This document shows, one piece after another, positions 62,693 to 64,000 of a stretch of DNA of 64,000 nucleotides. The position numbers were made by a program, and so were the translations under genes. The stretch is taken from the IMG/VR virus record IMGVR_UViG_3300037760_000179, positions 1-64,000 of that record; one strand, 5' to 3'. Numbering within the stretch: position 1 is the first letter of the stretch; every line of letters starts with the position of its first letter. The DNA comes from a virus. The notes under the pieces were generated by a model. The model did no database searches and had not been told where the DNA came from. It saw only the letters and a list, made by a program, of their open reading frames with translations.

Positions 62693-63954
62693 GACTGACC
62701 GCCCGCCATCATGAGCAGGGCGGTCAACGTGACTTCCTGCCGCTGCGTACCCGTGGCGGCGACATTGCGGGCCGTGCGCAGCAGCGCCGTGCGCGTCTCG
62801 GCGGGCAGCGAGCACCACGCCTCGTACGCGTTCGGCGGAAGCTGGGTGTACTCCGGCACTGGGAACCTACCGGTCGGATCCACGTCATCGTCGGTAAACG
62901 GTGCCGCAGGCACCCAGCCGTGCTCGGTGTACCAGCCAACCGCCACCGCGTCGACCATCGTCCGTACCGACCAGCCGCCCTCACTGGCTGCGGCCAGGGC
63001 ACGCTCGTACATCGCCGCGTCGGTGCAGACCGCCCAGAGTGCCACCCGGTCGGACTCCGCCTGCGCCGCAGCAGCGACCGCCCGACGGACCCCCGCCGGC
63101 AGTACCCCGAACGCGGCGACCGCCCCGGCGCCGGCCCTGACGATCTGCTCGCCGACCCTACGGATCGCGGTCACGGTCCCGTCGCGGTCGGCCGGGCCAG
63201 TGACCACGCCTCCGTCCGGACGGACCTCGGTCACCTCCAGTTCGGTCACCTCCGGCGAGCCGGGCGATGCGCGTACCGTGATCCGGTCGCCCGGCGCCAG
63301 CCGGAGCGAGGGCGGCGGCGCGAACTGCCACGTAGCGGTCGGGTGCGCCACATAAGGCGTCAGGTCAATGCCGCCTGCCAGCTCCGCCAAGGTGGGCGCC
63401 TCCGGGTCGGCTGGCGGGTCCGGCGTCCAGAACACGGTGCCCGCTGCGGCCAGGTGGGCGTACGCCGCCGCCCGCTCCGCCAGGGTCGGCACTGCGGGAT
63501 CGCGCGACGGTATGGGTTGCCTGTCGAGCCGGCGCGGGTTGCCCAGCTCCCGCTCCAACCGCCGCCACAGGTCGTCCCGCTGCTGCTCGGTGGCATCATC
63601 CGGCACCCAGGCGCCGACGAACCGGTGGAAGTCGTCCAGCCGCAGGAACCAGCGTCCGTCGGCGTGCCGGTACCAGCGGCGGGTCCGGCTCTGCAAACGG
63701 TCAGCGATCTCCTCCACCAACTCCAGTCCCGTGTCGTCGAACGCGGTCACCAGGTCCGGGCGCCAGCGCATCGCCGGCGGGTCGACCTCCCGGGAACCGC
63801 GCACCGGGGCGGAGCCGGGTGACGGCCGGCCGACTTGGACCCGCTGCCACGACTCCTGACAGCCCGGCGAACACCAATACGCGCTGGCCGAGTGCCCGCC
63901 CAGCGCCGTCCCGCAGCCGGGACCGGCACAACGGCCCTCCACCGCAGCGTCCAC
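62689..63954 (-). CDS. Hypothetical protein with N-terminal Zn finger
   Basis: CAGPGC...WCSPGCQ. Confidence 0.55.
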   Translation of the reverse strand: MDAAVEGRCAGPGCGTALGGHSASAYWCSPGCQESWQRVQVGRPSPGSAPVRGSREVDPPAMRWRPDLVTAFDDTGLELVEEIADRLQSRTRRWYRHADGRWFLRLDDFHRFVGAWVPDDATEQQRDDLWRRLERELGNPRRLDRQPIPSRDPAVPTLAERAAAYAHLAAAGTVFWTPDPPADPEAPTLAELAGGIDLTPYVAHPTATWQFAPPPSLRLAPGDRITVRASPGSPEVTELEVTEVRPDGGVVTGPADRDGTVTAIRRVGEQIVRAGAGAVAAFGVLPAGVRRAVAAAAQAESDRVALWAVCTDAAMYERALAAASEGGWSVRTMVDAVAVGWYTEHGWVPAAPFTDDDVDPTGRFPVPEYTQLPPNAYEAWCSLPAETRTALLRTARNVAATGTQRQEVTLTALLMMAGGQS

Positions 63955-64000
63955 CGCCGCCAGGATCTCGTCAGCGCTCTGGTCCGGCTTATCCCCGTTC

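Larger units (their letters stand above)
10169..63954 (-). mobile_element. Siphovirus-like prophage/phage genome segment (ends not visible; may also include the 1-10 kb module)
   Basis: Ordered terminase-portal-protease-capsid-tail-tape measure-lysin synteny plus early genes. Confidence 0.95.

Noticed and set aside
1-64000. CRISPR array or cas genes
   Set aside because: No regularly spaced repeat-spacer units seen; the repeats found are coding repeats or short motifs.

Overview
This high-GC actinomycete window (Micromonosporaceae-like gene content, inferred) holds a nearly complete siphovirus-type (pro)phage. The morphogenesis operon runs on the minus strand from about 54 kb to 10 kb: small terminase, large terminase with a class-3-type intein, portal, protease/scaffold, capsid, a six-gene glycan-modification cluster, head-tail and tail genes, tape measure and lysis cassette. 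Early/accessory genes lie to the right, including Lsr2, tRNA-fMet and a Xer-like tyrosine recombinase. Directly left of the lysis cassette, on the plus strand, are an actinomycete conjugation module (DUF2637/Spd-like, TraA-like, FtsK-type TraB) and a DUF1874/AcrIII-1-type ring nuclease gene. The most striking feature is two giant head-assembly polyproteins. One is a 2962-aa portal-MuF-(adenine methylase + SNF2 helicase, DarB-like) fusion. The other is a 1782-aa prohead protease carrying 2H phosphoesterase (Acb1-like), topoisomerase IB, ParB-like and scaffold modules, separated by recurrent V-x-A-A/H motifs and short leader peptides. Together they are a candidate protease-processed, virion-packaged counter-defence payload system. 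Other signals are 13 CTCGAG palindromes in all three frames inside the recombinase gene with three dif-like sites nearby, a nested TnpV-like gene in an alternative frame of the portal polyprotein, and several small unlisted ORFs. All calls come from motif recognition by eye; no database searches were run.
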